From Candidatus Cloacimonadota bacterium (GTDB lineage: Bacteria; Cloacimonadota; Cloacimonadia; JGIOTU-2): a stretch of DNA of 64,000 nt. The number at the start of each line of letters is the position of its first letter. Position 1 is the stretch's first letter. Shown here piece after piece: positions 50,294 to 61,519 of this stretch. The notes below the pieces were generated by a model, which did no database searches, was not told the origin of the DNA, and worked only from the letters and a program-made list of their open reading frames with translations. The position numbers and the translations under genes were made by a program. Where the stretch lies: assembly GCA_016932035.1 (NCBI GenBank), contig JAFGDR010000023.1, positions 9,775 through 73,774 on the forward strand. The letters run 5' to 3'.

Positions 50294-51322
50294 ATGAAAA
50301 AAAGAATCGTTCAGATTAGTTTTATTATAATACTTCTTGTTGTGATATACGTGCGCATCAATCATGAGAGAAGTAAACCTATCAAAGAAACAAGGTTTGC
50401 ACTCGGTACCTTTGTTACTCTTGATATACAGGACAAAAATCCACATAATAAAGAGATTATCGATTCGGTTTTTGCTCTTATAAAAACTTTGGAAGAACAA
50501 TTCTCAAGCACCTATGAAAGTAGTGAAACAAGCAGTTTAAATGCCTGCCGTGATTCGAGTAATATTTCGGAAAGCATGGCGAAACTTCTTAAAATATCTG
50601 AAAAAGTTAGTACAGATACTGAAGGTGCATTTGATGTAACAGTTGGAATACTGCTGCCATACTATGATTTTATTGAAGAGCTGATGCCATCAAAAACGAT
50701 GATCGATTCACTTAAATCGTTGGTTGATTTCAACAAAATATATGTAAACGATTCTATCTTTTTTAAGAATGATCCGAGAATACGAATAGATTTTGGCGGT
50801 ATTGCAAAGGGATTTATAGTTGATAAGGCAGTTCAATATCTTAAAGATCAAGGAATCAAGTATGCTGTTATCAATGCAGGAGGTGATCTCTATGTTATGG
50901 AGAATCCACAAACTGATGTCTGGAAGATTGGTATCCAGCACCCCAGGAATGAGGAACTTCTGGGTTCTCTGGAAGTGAAAAATATGGCAGTAGTCACTTC
51001 GGGAGATTATGAGCAATTCTTCATAAAAGAAAGAGTTCGTATTCATCACATACTTGATCCTCAAACAGGATATCCTGCAGATAAATCAGTTTCTATTACG
51101 GTCATAGCACCTGATGCAACCTATGCTGATGCAATGTGTACAGCTCTATTTGTTATGGGACCGGACAAAGGGATCCAATTTATCAACAAGAAGGATAGTA
51201 TTGATGCATTGATTGTTTTTGAGAAAAACGGCTATCTTTATTATGATGTTTCAGAAAATTTTGACAAGTATAACTTCACACTTTTAGATTCAACAGTGTA
51301 TCTCATCAAGGAAAATAAATAA
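50294..51322 (+). CDS. apbE: FAD:protein FMN transferase ApbE
   Basis: GAFDVTVG, DFGGIAKG, NAGGD, TSGDYE, HHILDPQTGYP and ADAM.TA motifs. Start likely MKKR at 50294. Confidence 0.92.
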   Translation: MKKRIVQISFIIILLVVIYVRINHERSKPIKETRFALGTFVTLDIQDKNPHNKEIIDSVFALIKTLEEQFSSTYESSETSSLNACRDSSNISESMAKLLKISEKVSTDTEGAFDVTVGILLPYYDFIEELMPSKTMIDSLKSLVDFNKIYVNDSIFFKNDPRIRIDFGGIAKGFIVDKAVQYLKDQGIKYAVINAGGDLYVMENPQTDVWKIGIQHPRNEELLGSLEVKNMAVVTSGDYEQFFIKERVRIHHILDPQTGYPADKSVSITVIAPDATYADAMCTALFVMGPDKGIQFINKKDSIDALIVFEKNGYLYYDVSENFDKYNFTLLDSTVYLIKENK

Positions 51323-52089
51323 TGCTTAACGATGTTCAAGGCCAGAAAGATTCACGGCAGATCCCGATAAACAAGGTCGGAGTGAAAGGAATCAAATATC
51401 CTGTTGTTCTGCAGGATAGAAGAAATAACGAACAGAACTCAGTAGCAGATATCAATATGTATGTAGAACTTCCTCACAATTTCAGAGGAACACATATGAG
51501 CCGGTTTATCGAGATACTACATCACTACCACAGAGAAACGATCATAGATAATCTTGAGGAACTGCTTGAGGAAATGAAATTAAAACTCGATGCTGATGTC
51601 GCATATATTGAGATTGAATTTCCATACTTCATAAAAAAATCGGCTCCAGTAACAAAAGAAGAATCATTATCATCATACCAGTGTGGATTTAAAGCAAACT
51701 TACGTGATACTTTTCATATGGAAATGTATGCAATAGTACCTGTTCTTTCTCTATGCCCGTGTTCAAAAGAAATAAGCACAAACAGCGCACACAATCAGAG
51801 AGCGTATGTGACGGTCAATATTGTCTACAATAAGTTCATATGGCTTGAAGAAATCATTGAAATTGCAGAGAATGCGGCTAGTTGCCAGGTTTACTCGCTA
51901 TTGAAAAGACCTGATGAAAAGTATGTAACAGAGAAGAGTTATAATAATCCAAAATTCGTTGAAGATATTGCACGAGAAATAGCAGTTTCTTTGAAAAATG
52001 ATAGAAGAATAGTCCGTTTCTCGGTAGAAGCCGAAAGCATGGAGTCCATTCACAATCATAATGCTTATGCTATGATCACGTATCCATAA
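51322..52089 (+). CDS. folE2: GTP cyclohydrolase FolE2 (type IB)
   Basis: DVQ...D.R.I.I.KVGV, GTHMSRF, LCPCSKEIS, AHNQR, NPKFVED and ESIHNHNAYA motifs. Confidence 0.95.
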   Translation: MLNDVQGQKDSRQIPINKVGVKGIKYPVVLQDRRNNEQNSVADINMYVELPHNFRGTHMSRFIEILHHYHRETIIDNLEELLEEMKLKLDADVAYIEIEFPYFIKKSAPVTKEESLSSYQCGFKANLRDTFHMEMYAIVPVLSLCPCSKEISTNSAHNQRAYVTVNIVYNKFIWLEEIIEIAENAASCQVYSLLKRPDEKYVTEKSYNNPKFVEDIAREIAVSLKNDRRIVRFSVEAESMESIHNHNAYAMITYP

Positions 52090-52098
52090 AGGAGTTCT

Positions 52099-52863
52099 AT
52101 GGTAAAAAGAGATGACATTGTACAATTTTGTAATGAATGCTTGCAAGCAGATACGTTTAAAGACTACTGCTATAATGGCCTGCAGATCGAAGGTAAAAAA
52201 GAGATAGAAAGTATTGTTATTGGTGTAAGTTTATCAAGACGATTCATTGAAAAAGCAATTGAAGAAAATACTGATATGATAATCGTTCATCATGGGCTTT
52301 TTAAAAGTCAGCTTGGAGATCCACCACGAATTGCAGGTATATTTAGAGAGAGAATTAAACTCATTCTGGATAATGACATCAATCTCTGCGGATATCATCT
52401 TCCTCTTGATGCTCATCCAGAAATTGGGAATAATATCAGTCTTGCCAGATTATTTGAGCTTCAAAACATTGAAACGCTTCATTCTCCCTATTATGGTGAA
52501 ATCGGTTATATTGGTGAATTACAGAATTCAATGAAATTCATCGATTTTGTTGAGTTTGTCGATCATAAACTTCATACAAATTCATATTTTCTTGCAGCAG
52601 GACCTTCTGTTGTTTCAAGAATCGGTATCGTTTCTGGTGGTGGATCCCTTGAATATTCAGGTGCACTTGAAAAAAAGGCAGACACATTTCTCACTGGTGA
52701 GATAAGAGAGAATATTGTAAGAGAAGTAGAAGAGTATCACATCAATTTTATTAATGCAGGACATTACAATACTGAAAAACTGGGCATAAAGAATCTCGGT
52801 ACGCTTCTTTCTGAGAAGTATGGAATACGAATAAAATTTATTGATATTCCTTGTAGTATATAA
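52099..52863 (+). CDS. Nif3-like dinuclear metal centre protein (YbgI)
   Basis: DYCYNGLQIEG, VHHGLF, YHLPLDAH..IGNN and AGHYNTE motifs. Confidence 0.92.
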   Translation: MVKRDDIVQFCNECLQADTFKDYCYNGLQIEGKKEIESIVIGVSLSRRFIEKAIEENTDMIIVHHGLFKSQLGDPPRIAGIFRERIKLILDNDINLCGYHLPLDAHPEIGNNISLARLFELQNIETLHSPYYGEIGYIGELQNSMKFIDFVEFVDHKLHTNSYFLAAGPSVVSRIGIVSGGGSLEYSGALEKKADTFLTGEIRENIVREVEEYHINFINAGHYNTEKLGIKNLGTLLSEKYGIRIKFIDIPCSI

Positions 52864-52925
52864 TACATTATTGACAGAAAAATTTTAAGTTAATAAATAT
52901 TGGTTATTCACATTAAGGAGACACA

Positions 52926-54203
52926 ATGATTGGCGGTCCTTCAAAGAAAAAAATCTTAGAAGAGCTTGAGCAAAAGACTAAGCGCATTCGAGAATTAGAG
53001 ATAATGGAGAGTAAATACCAGCAGACTCGTGAAAATCTCCTTCAAATAGCACGAAATCTAAACCAGAGAATCAGCGAAGTAAAATGTCTGTATAACATAA
53101 CGAGTCTCGTTGAAAAACCGAATATTACCATTGATGGCATTTTGAAAGGAACGATCGAGCAAGTACCAAAAGCCTGGCAATATCCGGAGATCACGTGCGC
53201 AAAAGTTACATGGGGGACTAAAGAGTTCAAAACCGAAAACTATCATAATCCGATTTCATATCTAAAGAGTGACATCAAGGTGTATGGAGAATCCGTTGGA
53301 ACGATTGAGGTTGGCTACCTCGAAAAGAAACCCGATAGTTTTGAAGGTCCTTTTACCAAGGATGAGCGAGAACTTCTCAATTCGATTGCAAAACAACTCG
53401 GTCGAATTATTGAACAAAAGCAAGCTGAAGAGGGGCTTGTCAGACTACAGAAAGCTATCGAGACCATGCGCCTTGGCGTAACAATTACAGACCAAGACCG
53501 AAATATTGTATACACTAATCCTGCAGATGCAAAAATGCACGGTTACAATGTTGATGAGCTCATCGGACAGGATGTTCGCATATTTTCTCCTAAAGAGAAT
53601 ATTTCACCAGTAGATGAGATCGATAAATGGAAAGGTATGACACGGGAAAGTGTTAACGTTCGCAAAGATGGATCTTCTTTCCCGGTTCGTCTTATTTCAG
53701 ATGTTGTAAAAAATAATGAAGGCGAGAATGTTGGATTCGTTACAATCTCAGAGGATTTAACCGAACGGATGAGTGCAGAGCACGCAAAGAAAGCATTCGA
53801 AACAATGCGATTAGGTGTCACACTCGCCGATACTGACAGAAGGATCATTTATACAAATCCTGCCGATGCTGCGATGCACGGATATGATGTTAGCGAACTT
53901 CTTGGAAAGGATGTGAGAATATTTTCACCTCCTGACCTTCATAAATACACCACAAAAGGCGAAATCACGAAATGGAAGGGGAAAGTAAGGGAAAGTATTA
54001 ACGTTCGAAAAGATGGCTCTTTATTCGCTGTACGTCTTATTACTGATGTGGTAAAGAATATGCGCGGTGAAACAATTGCTTTTGTGACAATCTCTGAGGA
54101 TATTTCAGATAGAGTTAAAATTCATGAAGTTGATACTGAAAAAGAGAGTAAAGAAAAATTAAATTTCGAGCGCGACGAGAAACTCGTGGACAAAAAAGAA
54201 TAA
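52926..54203 (+). CDS. Sensor protein: coiled coil, GAF-like segment and two PAS domains, no output domain
   Basis: AWQYPEITCA...G.IEV.Y.E......GPF...E..LL; two PAS units with YTNPA...MHGY...EL.G and N.RKDGS.F.V.L...EDl.eR. Confidence 0.8.
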   Translation: MIGGPSKKKILEELEQKTKRIRELEIMESKYQQTRENLLQIARNLNQRISEVKCLYNITSLVEKPNITIDGILKGTIEQVPKAWQYPEITCAKVTWGTKEFKTENYHNPISYLKSDIKVYGESVGTIEVGYLEKKPDSFEGPFTKDERELLNSIAKQLGRIIEQKQAEEGLVRLQKAIETMRLGVTITDQDRNIVYTNPADAKMHGYNVDELIGQDVRIFSPKENISPVDEIDKWKGMTRESVNVRKDGSSFPVRLISDVVKNNEGENVGFVTISEDLTERMSAEHAKKAFETMRLGVTLADTDRRIIYTNPADAAMHGYDVSELLGKDVRIFSPPDLHKYTTKGEITKWKGKVRESINVRKDGSLFAVRLITDVVKNMRGETIAFVTISEDISDRVKIHEVDTEKESKEKLNFERDEKLVDKKE

Positions 54204-54224
54204 GCCAATTTTCTCAATATATAC

Positions 54225-54253
54225 AAACCTCTCAATTGTGAGAGGTTTTTTTT
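54225..54253. terminator. Bidirectional terminator
   Basis: AAACCTCTCA-ATTG-TGAGAGGTTT plus a T-run, between convergent genes. Confidence 0.8.
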
Positions 54254-55037
54254 ATTCTACAATTTCAAGAAGTGATGCTTTATGCTGTAAGCTTTCTTCT
54301 CCTGATAGCCAGCGGTCAACACCATGATATAATGCTTTTGCCCATGAACCATGCATTGGATTTGGTAATATAATGAATCTCCGTCCCCACTCAGCCTGTA
54401 AGGAATCAGTGATACTTTTTCTTTCCTCAATTGATTTTTGATAAAATTCTCCACTGAAATCAACTGAATTATCACCGATATAAAGAATAACAGCATAATC
54501 CTCAGCAACTTTATCGCGTCTTCCTTGCTTGGAATGATCTGAACCACGCATAAGGAGATGATGACTATCTGCTTGTGGAAGCCCAAGATCGATGATCTGC
54601 TGGAGTGTTATATCTGTACAATCATCCCTGCGGTTCGTAACGTAAAAAATCGTATATCCTTCTTTATCAATATAGTGAAGGAATTCTATTGAACCTGGTA
54701 TAGGTTCTGCATCTCCTGAAGCGATCCATTCATAAAATTCTTTGGGATACTCCTGCTCTCTCAAAACTCCAGTGGCATTGTATTTCGCATTGAAGATGAC
54801 TGTTTCATCCAGATCGAGAATCACAGCACGGGGCTTTGGCCATTCCTTCATAAGATCCATATGAATTCTATCCCGTGCAACATTGAATGCTTGATAACAT
54901 AAGGCACGATACTCTGACGATGTTTGCTGCCATAGCGCTGCAGTCAGGTCTTCTTTCTCATTAAACAAATCATCTGCAATCAGGAAACTTGAGATAATTA
55001 CTAATGTTGAAATTACTACTACTACTTTTTTATTCAT
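54252..55037 (-). CDS. Class C acid phosphatase / 5'-nucleotidase, e(P4) family (HAD)
   Basis: WQQTSSEY.ALCYQAFN, DLDET, YVTNR, K..RR, GDN..DF and ILPNPMHGSW motifs. Confidence 0.92.
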   Translation of the reverse strand: MNKKVVVVISTLVIISSFLIADDLFNEKEDLTAALWQQTSSEYRALCYQAFNVARDRIHMDLMKEWPKPRAVILDLDETVIFNAKYNATGVLREQEYPKEFYEWIASGDAEPIPGSIEFLHYIDKEGYTIFYVTNRRDDCTDITLQQIIDLGLPQADSHHLLMRGSDHSKQGRRDKVAEDYAVILYIGDNSVDFSGEFYQKSIEERKSITDSLQAEWGRRFIILPNPMHGSWAKALYHGVDRWLSGEESLQHKASLLEIVE

Positions 55038-55049
55038 ATTTTCCTTTCA

Positions 55050-55994
55050 TCAGAACCATTTCCGCCTAATAAATACAATAACACCCACAAGTGCTAGTAA
55101 AACAGATGCAACCATTAATATGACAAATGCATGAGGGGATCGCGCGAACGGCAGGGCTATATTCATGCCGTAGATACTCGATATAAGCGTTGGCAGCATG
55201 AGAATGATCGTTACAGATGTGAGGAATTTCATCACCTTGTTCAAGTTATTCGATATCATCGATGCGAAAGCATCCATCGTACTTCTGAGAATATTTGCAT
55301 GGATCGAAGTCATTTCAATAGCTTGCTTATTATCTATGATCATATCTTCGAGCAGATCTTCATCCTCTTCAAATTTAGTAAATATGCCTACCCGAGATAA
55401 TTTTTCAAGAACAGAACTGTTTGACCGGAGCGATGTTGCGAAATACACTAAACTTTTCTGCAGATCGAGAAGATCCATAAGCAGTTCGTTATTCATGGAT
55501 TCTTCCAACTGGTCTTCAATACTATTAGATATTCTGTTGATTCTTTTAAGATAATTCAAATATACGGTGGCGGTTCTGGATAATATTTGCAAAATTAACC
55601 GATTTCTTTTGGCGGTTGAAAAATTTTTCACTCTCCCTTTCACGAAATTCTGTAGCACATCATCATCTTTTGAAGAAACCGTGATTATGCAACTATCAGT
55701 GAGAATGATTCCCAGGGGCAGCGTTATAAATTGAATAGCAGCTTCTTCATCATCCTCGAAATAGGGGGTTTGTGTAATAATTAATCGTTTACCATCTTCA
55801 AGCTCCATACGGGGACTCTCATCTATATCAAGAGGGTCTTCGATAAAATCCTTAGGAATATCAAATGTAGAAGTGACCAACTCGATCTCTTCTTTGGTCG
55901 GGGATACAAGATATACCCAGATATTTTCTTCGAGAAGATCGTACTGCTCATTCTCGGTAAATACTCCATCCGCAGTTTTAAATACTTTTATCAT
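55050..55994 (-). CDS. corA: CorA-family Mg2+/Co2+ transporter
   Basis: DPLD.DESPR.E, ISNNLNKVMKFLT and YGMN motifs; two C-terminal TM helices. Confidence 0.92.
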   Translation of the reverse strand: MIKVFKTADGVFTENEQYDLLEENIWVYLVSPTKEEIELVTSTFDIPKDFIEDPLDIDESPRMELEDGKRLIITQTPYFEDDEEAAIQFITLPLGIILTDSCIITVSSKDDDVLQNFVKGRVKNFSTAKRNRLILQILSRTATVYLNYLKRINRISNSIEDQLEESMNNELLMDLLDLQKSLVYFATSLRSNSSVLEKLSRVGIFTKFEEDEDLLEDMIIDNKQAIEMTSIHANILRSTMDAFASMISNNLNKVMKFLTSVTIILMLPTLISSIYGMNIALPFARSPHAFVILMVASVLLALVGVIVFIRRKWF

Positions 55995-56160
55995 AGTAAC
56001 CTGCCGCTCATTATGGTTATGGAGAAAACACGATGTGTACTTTTCATTGTCAAGGAAATGAAAGTTGATTCAGCAACTGACAGTTTTCTTGACGAGTATA
56101 GGATTGTAAAATTTTAAGTGAATATAGTCTATTTCAGCTAAATAAAGCAATTGAGGATAC

Positions 56161-58383
56161 ATGAATCCTGAGATCACGCAAGAACTCATTGAAGAGCACG
56201 GTCTTTCTCAAGAAGAATACCAGCGCATACTATCGATTTTAGGACGAGATCCCACAATCACTGAACTCGGAATTTTCTCTGTTATGTGGTCGGAACACGC
56301 CAGTTATAAAAATTCAATTCTACAACTGAAAACTCTTCCGCGATCAGGTGAATGCCTTCTTAAGGATGCAGGTGAAGAGAATGCTGGTGTCGTGGATATT
56401 GGAGACGGACTTGCGGTGGCATTTAAGATCGAGAGTCATAATCATCCATCCGCTCTGGAACCATACCAGGGAGCAGCAACAGGTGTGGGTGGAATTCTCA
56501 GGGATGTCTTTACTATGGGTGCACGTCCCATTGCATCATTGAATTCACTTCGGTTCGGTTCGCTGGATAATCCTCATGTGAAGCACCTTCTCAAAGGTGT
56601 GGTTAAAGGGATTGCTGATTACGGCAACTGTATGGGAATTCCAACGGTTGCGGGAGAAATCTATTTTGATGACAGCTATGAGGGAAATCCTCTGGTAAAT
56701 GCGATGACGGTAGGGACTATAAAATATGAACACATTGCTACTGCTGCTGCTTATGGCGTGGGTAATTATGTCTTATATGTTGGTTCTTCAACAGGTAGGG
56801 ACGGCATTCATGGTGCAACTTTTGCATCTGTTGAACTGACAGAAGAGTCAGCAGAAAAACGAACTTCTGTGCAAGTAGGGGATCCGTTTATGGAGAAACT
56901 ACTTCTCGAAGCAACTCTCGAAGTAATAAAAAAGGAACTTGTTGTGGGTATCCAGGATATGGGTGCAGCCGGTTTAACTTGTTCGTCATCTGAAATGGCT
57001 GCAAAAGCTGGAACCGGTTTTGATATAGATGTTTCTCTCGTTCCTAAAAGAGAAACAGGAATGACCCCTTATGAAATCATGTTGTCCGAATCACAGGAAC
57101 GCATGCTGTTGGTGATCGAACCGATAAATTTCAAGAAAGTACAGGAAATCTATGAGAAATGGGATCTGCATGTAGTGAAGATCGGTGAAGTGATTGAGAA
57201 TGGAAATCTACGTGTACGAGAAAACGGTATTATTATTGCTAATATTCCAGCTCAAACACTCGTTCTTGGTGGTGATGCGCCAGTCTATACACGAGAGATT
57301 CAGTATCCTGAATATCTTCATGATTTGCATTCTTTTGATCAAGACAGTGTGGAAGAACCAGAAGATTATAATGAAATCCTGAAAAAATTACTCTCTTCTT
57401 CAAACATAGCAAGTAAAAACTATGTGTACACTCAGTATGACCATATGGTGAGGATCAATTCTGTGATCGAACCCGGTTCGGATGCGGCAGTTGTAAGGAT
57501 AAAAGGTACAAAGAAAGCTCTTGCTATGACCACAGATTGCAATGGAAAATACTGTTATCTCGATCCCTATGAAGGAACAAAAGGAGCAGTTGCAGAAGCT
57601 GCTAGAAATATAGTATGCTCCGGAGGAAAACCGCTTGCGATAACAAACTGTCTGAACTTCGGTAATCCATATAAAAAAGATGTTTACTGGTATTTCTCTG
57701 AGTGCATCCGGGGTATGGGAGATGCATGCAGATTTTTCAAAACTCCAGTGACAGGTGGTAATGTCAGTTTCTATAATGAAACGGTCAAGAGTGCTGTTTA
57801 TCCAACACCAGTGATCGGCATGATCGGGCTTCTCGATGATGTTACATTCGCGACTTCTCAGTATTTCAAAGAAGTAGGAGATGTCATTGTTCTTTTGGGA
57901 AAACATTGCAATTCGATTGCAGCTTCGGAATATTTAGCAATTGAACATAAATTGATAGCAGGTCATGCACCAGAAATCGATCTTGAATTTGAACAGAGAG
58001 TTCAGAATGTATGTTATGATGCTATTCATAATGGATTTATTCAATCAGCGCACGATTGTTCGGAAGGTGGTTTGGCGGTTGCACTTGTAGAATCGTGCTT
58101 CAATCCCCATGGTCTTCTGGGAGCAAAACTATCAATCGATTTGATGAATCGTGCTGATGCAGAACTTTTCGGTGAATCTCATTCACGAATTATTCTTAGT
58201 TTGAAAGAAGAGAATATCTCATCTCTTAAGCAAATTATTAAAAAATACAATATACCATACTCAATTATTGGAAAAGTTACTGAAGCCAGATTTGATATCA
58301 ATCATCTTATTTCTCTTGATGTAAGAGAGTTATACGATCTTTGGTACCATTCTATTCGAAAGAAAATGGAGTCCGTCACATGA
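56161..58383 (+). CDS. purL: Phosphoribosylformylglycinamidine synthase subunit PurL
   Basis: [38 protein letters not shown] and HDCSEGG motifs. Confidence 0.97.
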   Translation: MNPEITQELIEEHGLSQEEYQRILSILGRDPTITELGIFSVMWSEHASYKNSILQLKTLPRSGECLLKDAGEENAGVVDIGDGLAVAFKIESHNHPSALEPYQGAATGVGGILRDVFTMGARPIASLNSLRFGSLDNPHVKHLLKGVVKGIADYGNCMGIPTVAGEIYFDDSYEGNPLVNAMTVGTIKYEHIATAAAYGVGNYVLYVGSSTGRDGIHGATFASVELTEESAEKRTSVQVGDPFMEKLLLEATLEVIKKELVVGIQDMGAAGLTCSSSEMAAKAGTGFDIDVSLVPKRETGMTPYEIMLSESQERMLLVIEPINFKKVQEIYEKWDLHVVKIGEVIENGNLRVRENGIIIANIPAQTLVLGGDAPVYTREIQYPEYLHDLHSFDQDSVEEPEDYNEILKKLLSSSNIASKNYVYTQYDHMVRINSVIEPGSDAAVVRIKGTKKALAMTTDCNGKYCYLDPYEGTKGAVAEAARNIVCSGGKPLAITNCLNFGNPYKKDVYWYFSECIRGMGDACRFFKTPVTGGNVSFYNETVKSAVYPTPVIGMIGLLDDVTFATSQYFKEVGDVIVLLGKHCNSIAASEYLAIEHKLIAGHAPEIDLEFEQRVQNVCYDAIHNGFIQSAHDCSEGGLAVALVESCFNPHGLLGAKLSIDLMNRADAELFGESHSRIILSLKEENISSLKQIIKKYNIPYSIIGKVTEARFDINHLISLDVRELYDLWYHSIRKKMESVT

Positions 58384-59219
58384 TCCCATTCCCTGAAATA
58401 AATCCCGATCTCGTTACAATTCCCGAATTTTCGATAGGATCATTAACCATTGGACCACTACACATCCGATGGTATGCAATGATGTATATCATTTCATTCG
58501 CCATCGCTTACTTCCTATTAAAGAAGCTTTACAAAGAACGGGATGTCCACATCAAAAAAGAAAATTTCGAGAACCTGTTTTTCTATTTGATGCTTGGTGT
58601 AATCATTGGTGGAAGACTCGGCTATATGGTGTTTTATAACTTCAATGAGATATTCCGTCACCCTCTCGAAATATTTGCGGTTTGGCACGGTGGGATGTCC
58701 TTTCATGGCGGTATGATAGCAGCAATATTCTTCGGATATTTGTTTTGCAAAAAATACCATTATGATTTCTACAAATTAGCTGATCCGACAGTCGTTGTAG
58801 CGCCGATTGGACTTGCACTTGGAAGATTTGGTAATTTCATAAACGGCGAATTGTACGGAAGACCGACCGACCTTCCATGGGGAATGATCTTCCCTGGAGA
58901 ACAGATTCCCAGACATCCGTCACAACTCTATGAGATGTTCCTAGAAGGTATCGTACTTTTTCTTATACTTTTTATTCTTGTTAAGAAAAATATGCGCAAG
59001 GGAATGGTATTCTGGAGTTTTATTTTCTTTTATGGACTCTTCAGATTCCTCGTGGAATTCCTTCGAGAACCGGATGCACATCTCGGACATCTTATCGGCT
59101 TTATGACGATGGGACAAATATTGAGCTTATGTATGATCATAGCTGGAATTGTTGGATATATTTCGATTTTCAGGAAAAAGCCAATACCTCCTGACGAAGA
59201 GGATTTCGATGAAGAATAA
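58380..59219 (+). CDS. lgt: Prolipoprotein diacylglyceryl transferase
   Basis: [40 protein letters not shown] and RF.VEF.REPD motifs. ATGA overlap with purL. Confidence 0.96.
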   Translation: MIPFPEINPDLVTIPEFSIGSLTIGPLHIRWYAMMYIISFAIAYFLLKKLYKERDVHIKKENFENLFFYLMLGVIIGGRLGYMVFYNFNEIFRHPLEIFAVWHGGMSFHGGMIAAIFFGYLFCKKYHYDFYKLADPTVVVAPIGLALGRFGNFINGELYGRPTDLPWGMIFPGEQIPRHPSQLYEMFLEGIVLFLILFILVKKNMRKGMVFWSFIFFYGLFRFLVEFLREPDAHLGHLIGFMTMGQILSLCMIIAGIVGYISIFRKKPIPPDEEDFDEE

Positions 59220-59919
59220 GTTATTTATAATTACAATAACAGTCCTTAGTCTTGTCGCTTGTGCATCAGTCTCGAAAGATAACTATAGCACGTTTGAAAT
59301 TCAAAATAAGATAATAGAAAAACTCGCCTATCTTCAAGAGTGCAGAGCTGAGGGATTAGCAACGATAAATTACAATAATTTTGAAATAAAAACCAACTTC
59401 TTACTTCGGAAAAAGAATTCATCAGTTAGGATAGACGTTTTTTCAAGCGGTATTCTTGGTCTGAGTCCCAGCCCCAAAGCTCAAATTGTATTAGAAGATA
59501 ATTTCGTAAATGTGTTTATTCCGGATCAGAAACAACTCACGATCACACGGCTCATTCCTGCCGATTCATTAATCAATGTTCAGGATATCGTGGCAACTTA
59601 TAGTGTTGTAGAAAGTTTTGGATATTATATTGCATCTCCTTTTAATGGAGTGTATTATATCTTTGATAAAAAACTTCGTCTTGAATCTGTTCAGGTTCGC
59701 GATATACGCATTCAATTCTCGGAGTATAAAAAGGATTTACCTCATAAAATAACTGTACTTCAGAAGAAGATCGAAATTATCTCGCTCAATATTGATAAAT
59801 GGAATTTTCAATTCATCAATGAGAATATTTTCGATTTTGAGGTTCCATCAAATGTACAGATCGAAGCAAACGAGCTTGATCTTACAATACCTGTAGAAAT
59901 AATCGAGGAGGACGAATGA
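59209..59919 (+). CDS. Lipoprotein, possible LolA/LolB-fold (DUF4292-like)
   Basis: Lipobox LVAC after MKNK; beta-rich body ending F.FEVP.N. Confidence 0.55.
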   Translation: MKNKLFIITITVLSLVACASVSKDNYSTFEIQNKIIEKLAYLQECRAEGLATINYNNFEIKTNFLLRKKNSSVRIDVFSSGILGLSPSPKAQIVLEDNFVNVFIPDQKQLTITRLIPADSLINVQDIVATYSVVESFGYYIASPFNGVYYIFDKKLRLESVQVRDIRIQFSEYKKDLPHKITVLQKKIEIISLNIDKWNFQFINENIFDFEVPSNVQIEANELDLTIPVEIIEEDE

Positions 59920-61211
59920 TCTCTCGATATATGTTACCGGAGATGGATCATTTATGGAGTCTTGAAAACAAGTTTTCAACTTGGCTCCAAATTGAGATCG
60001 CTGCAGCTGAAGCAATGAATAAGCTTGGCTTCGTTCCTGATGCTGATCTCAATAATATCCAGCAGAAAGCCCAATTCATGGTCTCTGAAATCGATGAAAT
60101 TGAGCAGAAGGTTCATCATGATGTAATTGCATTTCTAACGAATGTAGCATCCTATGTGGGACCTTCATCACGTTATATTCATCTTGGTATGACTTCATCT
60201 GATATCATTGATACCGCTAACTCTCTCTTGATGAAACAAGCAGGCGAGATCATTCTCGATTCAATAAAAGAACTTCTGCTTGTTTTGAAAGAACGTGCTT
60301 ATACGTATAAAAATACACTTTGCATAGGAAGGTCTCATGCCATTCATGCAGAACCGACAACCTTTGGATTGAAACTTGCATTATGGTATGATGAGATGAA
60401 ACGAAATCTTGTCCGATGGGAGCAAGCAATCGATATTATCTCGGTTGGTCAAATTTCCGGAGCAGTTGGTAATTATGCTCATCTTCCAATAGAAGTTGAA
60501 ACCTATGTTTGCAAAAAACTCGACTTGAAACCAGTTAATATTTCTACACAGGTGATCCAGCGGGACAGATATGCTGAATATATTTCTGCAATTGCAATCA
60601 TCGGAAGCACGCTTGAAAAGATCGCTTTAGAGATCAGACATCTCCAGCGAACTGAAGTTCATGAAGTTGAAGAAGGTTTTGCAAAACAGCAAAAAGGTTC
60701 TTCAGCAATGCCCCATAAAAAGAATCCCATTATTTCTGAACGTATCTGCGGATTGGCACGCATTTTACGTAGCAATGCGCTTACAGCTTTTGAGAACAAT
60801 GCACTCTGGCACGAGCGAGATATCAGCCACTCCTCTGCTGAAAGAATCATTATTCCGGATTCTACTACGCTAGTGCACTATATGCTTTTTAAAACAACAT
60901 GTCTCATTAAAAATCTTGCGGTTTTTCCTGCAAAGATGAAGCAGAATATTGATTTGACAAATGGACTTATCTTCAGTCAATCGGTTCTTCTCGCGCTTGC
61001 TACAAAAGGTGTCTCTCGGGAGAAAGCATACTATATCGTACAGAGAGCTGCAATGGAATGTTGGAAAACAGCAAAGGACTTTGCAAAAATCTTGTTACGC
61101 GATAAAGAATTTACCAAATTACTCAATGAAGATGAGTTAAGTTCATTATTTAACATGGATAAATTTACCAATAATGTCGATGCAATATTCACAAGAGTGT
61201 TTAATAATTAA
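59916..61211 (+). CDS. purB: Adenylosuccinate lyase
   Basis: MISRY, HDVIAF, HLGMTSSD, GRSHAIHAEPTTFG and GSSAMPHKKNP motifs. Confidence 0.97.
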   Translation: MISRYMLPEMDHLWSLENKFSTWLQIEIAAAEAMNKLGFVPDADLNNIQQKAQFMVSEIDEIEQKVHHDVIAFLTNVASYVGPSSRYIHLGMTSSDIIDTANSLLMKQAGEIILDSIKELLLVLKERAYTYKNTLCIGRSHAIHAEPTTFGLKLALWYDEMKRNLVRWEQAIDIISVGQISGAVGNYAHLPIEVETYVCKKLDLKPVNISTQVIQRDRYAEYISAIAIIGSTLEKIALEIRHLQRTEVHEVEEGFAKQQKGSSAMPHKKNPIISERICGLARILRSNALTAFENNALWHERDISHSSAERIIIPDSTTLVHYMLFKTTCLIKNLAVFPAKMKQNIDLTNGLIFSQSVLLALATKGVSREKAYYIVQRAAMECWKTAKDFAKILLRDKEFTKLLNEDELSSLFNMDKFTNNVDAIFTRVFNN

Positions 61212-61247
61212 TTCAATAAATAATATAAGTTTTACATAGGAGTATTT

Positions 61248-61496
61248 GTGCGAAAAGCAATGATATATGTAACTTTGAAACCTGAAGTCCTTGATCCACA
61301 AGGCAAAGTTATCATGAATGCACTTCACACGCTTGGATATCATAATGTGTCCGAAGTTCGAGCCAGCAAGATGTTCGAGGTTGTCATAGATGTTGATAAA
61401 GAAGCAGATATCGCAAGAGAGATAGATGAAATATGCGATAAGGTTCTTGCAAATCCAAATATCGAAACATACCGATACGATATTCATGACGAGTAA
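61248..61496 (+). CDS. purS: FGAM synthase subunit PurS
   Basis: VTLKPEVLDPQG and C.K.LANP.IE.Y motifs. Confidence 0.95.
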   Translation: MRKAMIYVTLKPEVLDPQGKVIMNALHTLGYHNVSEVRASKMFEVVIDVDKEADIAREIDEICDKVLANPNIETYRYDIHDE

Positions 61497-61519
61497 CGGT
61501 AACATCACGAGCTGAAAAT

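Noticed and set aside
55995..56160. Mg2+ (M-box) or purine riboswitch between corA and purL
   Set aside because: The 166-nt gap holds two divergent TTGAC elements and leaves leaders too short; no aptamer consensus was seen.
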